From contig CAZDTP010000065.1 of the NCBI GenBank assembly GCA_964508365.1, positions 1-18,738 of the forward strand: a DNA stretch of 18,738 nucleotides, read 5' to 3'. Positions 15,591 through 18,738 of this stretch are shown here, one piece after another; position 1 is the first letter of the stretch, and each line of letters opens with the position of its first letter. Origin of the DNA: an uncultured archaeon (GTDB lineage Archaea > Asgardarchaeota > Lokiarchaeia > Sigyniarchaeales > SOKP01). Position numbers and translations under genes: made by a program. The notes under the pieces are model-generated. The model was given only the letters and a program-made list of their open reading frames with translations. It did no database searches and was not told the DNA's origin.

Positions 15591-16033
15591 AATATCCTTG
15601 GGTTTAGTTCGAAACCTCGTAAAAATCCTTTCGGTTTTACAATCTCGTCTATTTCTAAAGAAAACGATTTAAACTGAGAAAAATTCCCATTAAAATTGTT
15701 TAATTCTTTGTTGAATTTAGTTAAAAACCTATCAAGGACTTTAATAGCGACGCTATCAAGATTTTTTTTTTTAAGTTTTTTCTTATCTACTCTACTATCG
15801 CATTTAAAAATTAGATGATAATTAGATGTAGGATGAGTATAAAAGTAAAATACACTTTTATTCATCTTTAATGTATTCAAACTCTCTTTAAATCCATATT
15901 TTGTAAATCTACATATCTGATCGAAATAACTCGCAATCAGATGATAATTTTCATCCTCATTTGAACTACCACTAAAATTATGGAAAAATATGGGTATACC
16001 CTCAGCATTCAAAATAATGATCTTTTGGATCAA
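15587..16033 (-). CDS. Stand-alone longin-like domain protein (Asgard eukaryotic-signature type)
   Basis: IQKIIILNAEGIPIFFHNF beta-hairpin, LIASYFDQI helix, three strands, then FLTKFNKELNNFNGNFSQF. The last motif closely matches the longin-like tail of 7820-9463. TTG start. The stop codon overlaps the GNAT stop in TTAG (15587-15590). Confidence 0.7.
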   Translation of the reverse strand: MIQKIIILNAEGIPIFFHNFSGSSNEDENYHLIASYFDQICRFTKYGFKESLNTLKMNKSVFYFYTHPTSNYHLIFKCDSRVDKKKLKKKNLDSVAIKVLDRFLTKFNKELNNFNGNFSQFKSFSLEIDEIVKPKGFLRGFELNPRIF

Positions 16034-16190
16034 TTTTTTTCCAAAAAATATATCTTTTTTTTACTATTTATATATTGTTCTTTTAAAAAAATAAGGTGGA
16101 GTTAGTATTAATTAAAACGGTTATTAATATGAAAATAAAAGTGGATTGTTCTGCCAAAATAACGGAGGTTTAAATTTCATAAGTTTTATA

Positions 16191-17333
16191 TTATGATTTT
16201 TTTGTTTTGATTAATTCTATAATCTCTTTAAAAATTAATAGGGAATTATCATACTCTTCCTTCATTAAAGCCTTTATTGCTTGTGAATTAAGTTCTCTAG
16301 CTTTATTCGTAATCTCTTCGGTTTCTGCAACCAATTTTATTTTTTCTTCAAGTATATTTATGTATTCATTAAATCTCTCAATATTTTTAGTTTTACTTAT
16401 AAACCGGGATATTTTAATTATTTGGTTGATATTGTTAATAGCTTGTTTAAAATGGTTATGTACGATGTTATCCTTAATGAGAACTTCTAAAGCTTTTAAC
16501 TCATCCTCTAATTTGAGGTATTTACTTTCAGCATCAAGAATATATTTTTTCTTTGCTATTAATTTTTGAATATATTCTATAAAACCCTCCTTTTCTAAGT
16601 ATTCGATTTTTAAGTCTAGAATTCTTTTAGCTTTATCAAATTCGTAATTTTCTGTTAATCTTGATACTTCATTTAAATCTGTCTCAATACCTTCATTAAG
16701 AACATATTTTTTTCTTAATTCTATAAATAATTTTTCGGAAGTTTCCCACATTTTAAGGATTTCAACATCAACGAGCTTTTTTAAAAGCACTTTTGCTTTT
16801 TCTATTGTTTCTCCCGCTAAAGAAAGATTATTAGTATTAATATAACTATTAAATTGTATTTCTAATGATCCCAACTGCCTAGTTATGTTTTGTTCCTTTG
16901 TAATGAATTCATTCCATATTTTTGAATCTCTTGATAAAAACTCACTTACGTTATCAAAAGAATTCAGATCAATATTTTTTTCATAGTATTGCTTAAATGT
17001 CTGAACCAACTCATGAGCTTCTTTAATGTTTCCTTTTTCTACAAGTGTATTAAATTCTTCTTCTAAACCCTCGAAATCATTTTTGATAACGATAAATTTA
17101 TGCTCATCTTTAGCTTGTTTATAAAGATTAGCGATGTATTCTCCTTCTTCTCTAACAACAGAATATAATTTGGCTCGCTCTGCAATATCCATAATTTCTT
17201 CAGCAACTTTAATAGCCTCGTCGAATTTTCCCATTAGATAGTGATTATTTGCTATTACTTTTAACTCGTCAATTTTTGATAGAACCTCTAACTTTTTTTT
17301 ATTATCCGCTCCTTCATCAGAATTATTATTAAT
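16191..17333 (-). CDS. All-helical TPR-like/coiled-coil repeat protein; first ATG at 17234, but the frame is open to 17339 and probably starts near ATT 17333
   Basis: Recurrent helical-hairpin motif (GKFDEAIK, GNIKEAHE, YEFDKAKR, NHFKQAIN, EEYDNSLL). The upstream in-frame extension LEVLSKIDELKVIANNHYL aligns with the neighbouring paralog. AGGTGA at 17345-17340. Confidence 0.75.
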   Translation of the reverse strand: MNNNSDEGADNKKKLEVLSKIDELKVIANNHYLMGKFDEAIKVAEEIMDIAERAKLYSVVREEGEYIANLYKQAKDEHKFIVIKNDFEGLEEEFNTLVEKGNIKEAHELVQTFKQYYEKNIDLNSFDNVSEFLSRDSKIWNEFITKEQNITRQLGSLEIQFNSYINTNNLSLAGETIEKAKVLLKKLVDVEILKMWETSEKLFIELRKKYVLNEGIETDLNEVSRLTENYEFDKAKRILDLKIEYLEKEGFIEYIQKLIAKKKYILDAESKYLKLEDELKALEVLIKDNIVHNHFKQAINNINQIIKISRFISKTKNIERFNEYINILEEKIKLVAETEEITNKARELNSQAIKALMKEEYDNSLLIFKEIIELIKTKKS

Positions 17334-17350
17334 GATGATTCACCTGCTTT

Positions 17351-18409
17351 TTACGAGTTATTTAATTCTAAATTTTGTACAATTTCTTCATAGATTCTTA
17401 GAGCTTTAGAAAATTCTCCATTTTTCATGCATTCTAGGGCAGATTCACTTAACTTACTTAAATCGTCGCATAAATCATTTTTGATGCTAAGATATTTACT
17501 TTTCAACAGATCCATTTTGTCTTTGATTCTATTATCATAGTATCTTAGACTTGACTTTTGGATTGTAGCAAGAAATTTTTTAGTTTGTTTCAAAACTATT
17601 AAATTCGTGCTATCTCCAAATTTATCAGAAAAATTTTCAATATCCTTTAAAAATTTATCTTGCTCGATTTTTAACCTATAAACCATATTTTCTTCTTTCA
17701 ATAATAACTGTTGAGCTAACGGTATGGAAGAAAGATCATATTTATCTGTGTATTTTTGTTTGAATTCTTCAATTAAAGTACGAGCTTCTTCATATTTCTC
17801 TTCTTCTACTAGTTGGTTAAAAATTTTTGTTTTTTCCCTACAGACTTGCTCGATTTCATTAAGAATTTCACTTGCGCGGGCTCTTATATGGGCTTCATTG
17901 ATAAAATTGATTTGATCTTGTTCGAGCGAATCATCTTTAATAACCCGTGCTAAATTAACGATTTTTTGAGCAAGCTCAATAGCTTCTCCATAATTATTTG
18001 CAATGAAAAATTTGTCAGATTTCTCTTTCAATCTGTTTATTTCAGAAAGCACAGGTAATAACCTAACTTCTAACTTTTTAATATTAGATCTAAGAATTTC
18101 TTCTTCAAATCCGATAATATTTAAGAATTCTGGAGGTTCTAATCCTGACTCTATAGTAATATTTCTTAAAATTTTTAATTCTGGATATGTTTTTGAAATC
18201 GCACCCCGAATTTGAGGAATATGTCTTTTTAAGCTTTGAACTGCTTTTTTTCCCATCCATACATACATCCGCTTTAGGTCTGGAATATAAAAGATCAAAA
18301 CATTGAAGAGAGTTAAGTTATTCAATAAGTTCTCTGGGGCTATTTCCTCAAAGCTACCAGAGTAATCTAACCTAAAAATTTTAATATTAGAACTCATCTC
18401 TAAAATCAT
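17351..18409 (-). CDS. Gelsolin-domain protein with C-terminal helical repeats
   Basis: N-terminal ~100 aa: VLIFYIPDLKRMYVWMGKKA...ITIESGLEPPEFLNIIG, matching the gelsolin-repeat YVWxGK and ExGxEPxEF motifs. The rest is all-helical. The likely start is the second Met (MSSNIKIF). Confidence 0.75.
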   Translation of the reverse strand: MILEMSSNIKIFRLDYSGSFEEIAPENLLNNLTLFNVLIFYIPDLKRMYVWMGKKAVQSLKRHIPQIRGAISKTYPELKILRNITIESGLEPPEFLNIIGFEEEILRSNIKKLEVRLLPVLSEINRLKEKSDKFFIANNYGEAIELAQKIVNLARVIKDDSLEQDQINFINEAHIRARASEILNEIEQVCREKTKIFNQLVEEEKYEEARTLIEEFKQKYTDKYDLSSIPLAQQLLLKEENMVYRLKIEQDKFLKDIENFSDKFGDSTNLIVLKQTKKFLATIQKSSLRYYDNRIKDKMDLLKSKYLSIKNDLCDDLSKLSESALECMKNGEFSKALRIYEEIVQNLELNNS

Positions 18410-18499
18410 TTAAGATTCAAAACTATTTCAATTTATTTTAAGAAAAAAGAGAAAAGAGAAAATATAATATTAAAATGTTTTTCTGAGTAATTAGAAACT

Positions 18500-18738
18500 C
18501 TACTCATTAGAACCTTCAATAGGTCCTTTTAATATTTTTTCTGGTTTAGAAGTTACTTCTGCTGTTTTTCCTTTTAAGAGTTTTGAACTTTTAGCTAGTT
18601 CGTTCTGATATTCTCCTTTAAATGCTTTTTCTCTAGCAGTTACATCAACTCTTGGATTTTTTGTTTTTCTCAGCGTTTTACGATATTTTCTAACTTTTCT
18701 GACAGGTTTAGGGTATTTAAATATCTTTTGATATAAAA
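18500..18738 (-). CDS. 3' end of a gene entering from the right edge; basic C-terminal tail
   Basis: Not in the ORF track. One minus frame is open from the edge to TAG at 18502-18500: LYQKIFKYPKPVRKVRKYRKTLRKTKNPRVDVTAREKAFKGEYQNELAKSSKLLKGKTAEVTSKPEKILKGPIEGSNE. It resembles the cytoplasmic tail after a TM anchor (inference). Confidence 0.7.
   Translation of the reverse strand, partial: LYQKIFKYPKPVRKVRKYRKTLRKTKNPRVDVTAREKAFKGEYQNELAKSSKLLKGKTAEVTSKPEKILKGPIEGSNE

Noticed and set aside
16207-18215. Plus-strand ORFs 16207-16569, 17724-17915 and 18003-18215
   Set aside because: Ser/Leu/Ile/Phe-rich antisense shadows of the Glu/Lys-rich helical genes.

Overview
AT-rich archaeal window that looks like Asgard archaea (Lokiarchaeia/Promethearchaeota). 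This assignment is inferred from two longin-like domains, a gelsolin-domain protein, a V4R/Bet3-like protein and GGTGA-type ribosome-binding sites. From left to right: a partial XPF/ERCC4 nuclease, a YdjM-like membrane hydrolase, ADH synthase (aroA'-like), nadB, and a 1058-aa membrane-anchored surface glycoprotein with eight Ig-like repeats. Next is a compact putative signalling cluster: three divergent LMW-PTP-fold phosphatases around a 12-TM MFS-fold protein fused to a longin-like domain, then a degenerate macrodomain and a V4R-like protein. After that come an orphan gene, a beta-oxidation pair (3-hydroxyacyl-CoA dehydrogenase and an enoyl-CoA hydratase with an inserted CxxCxGxG zinc knuckle), a RimJ/L GNAT, a stand-alone longin-like protein, two paralogous helical-repeat genes (one with an N-terminal gelsolin domain, the other probably starting at a non-AUG codon), and the tail of a partial gene. 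I saw no rRNA, tRNA, CRISPR array or mobile element. All family calls come from motif recognition by eye; no database searches were run.
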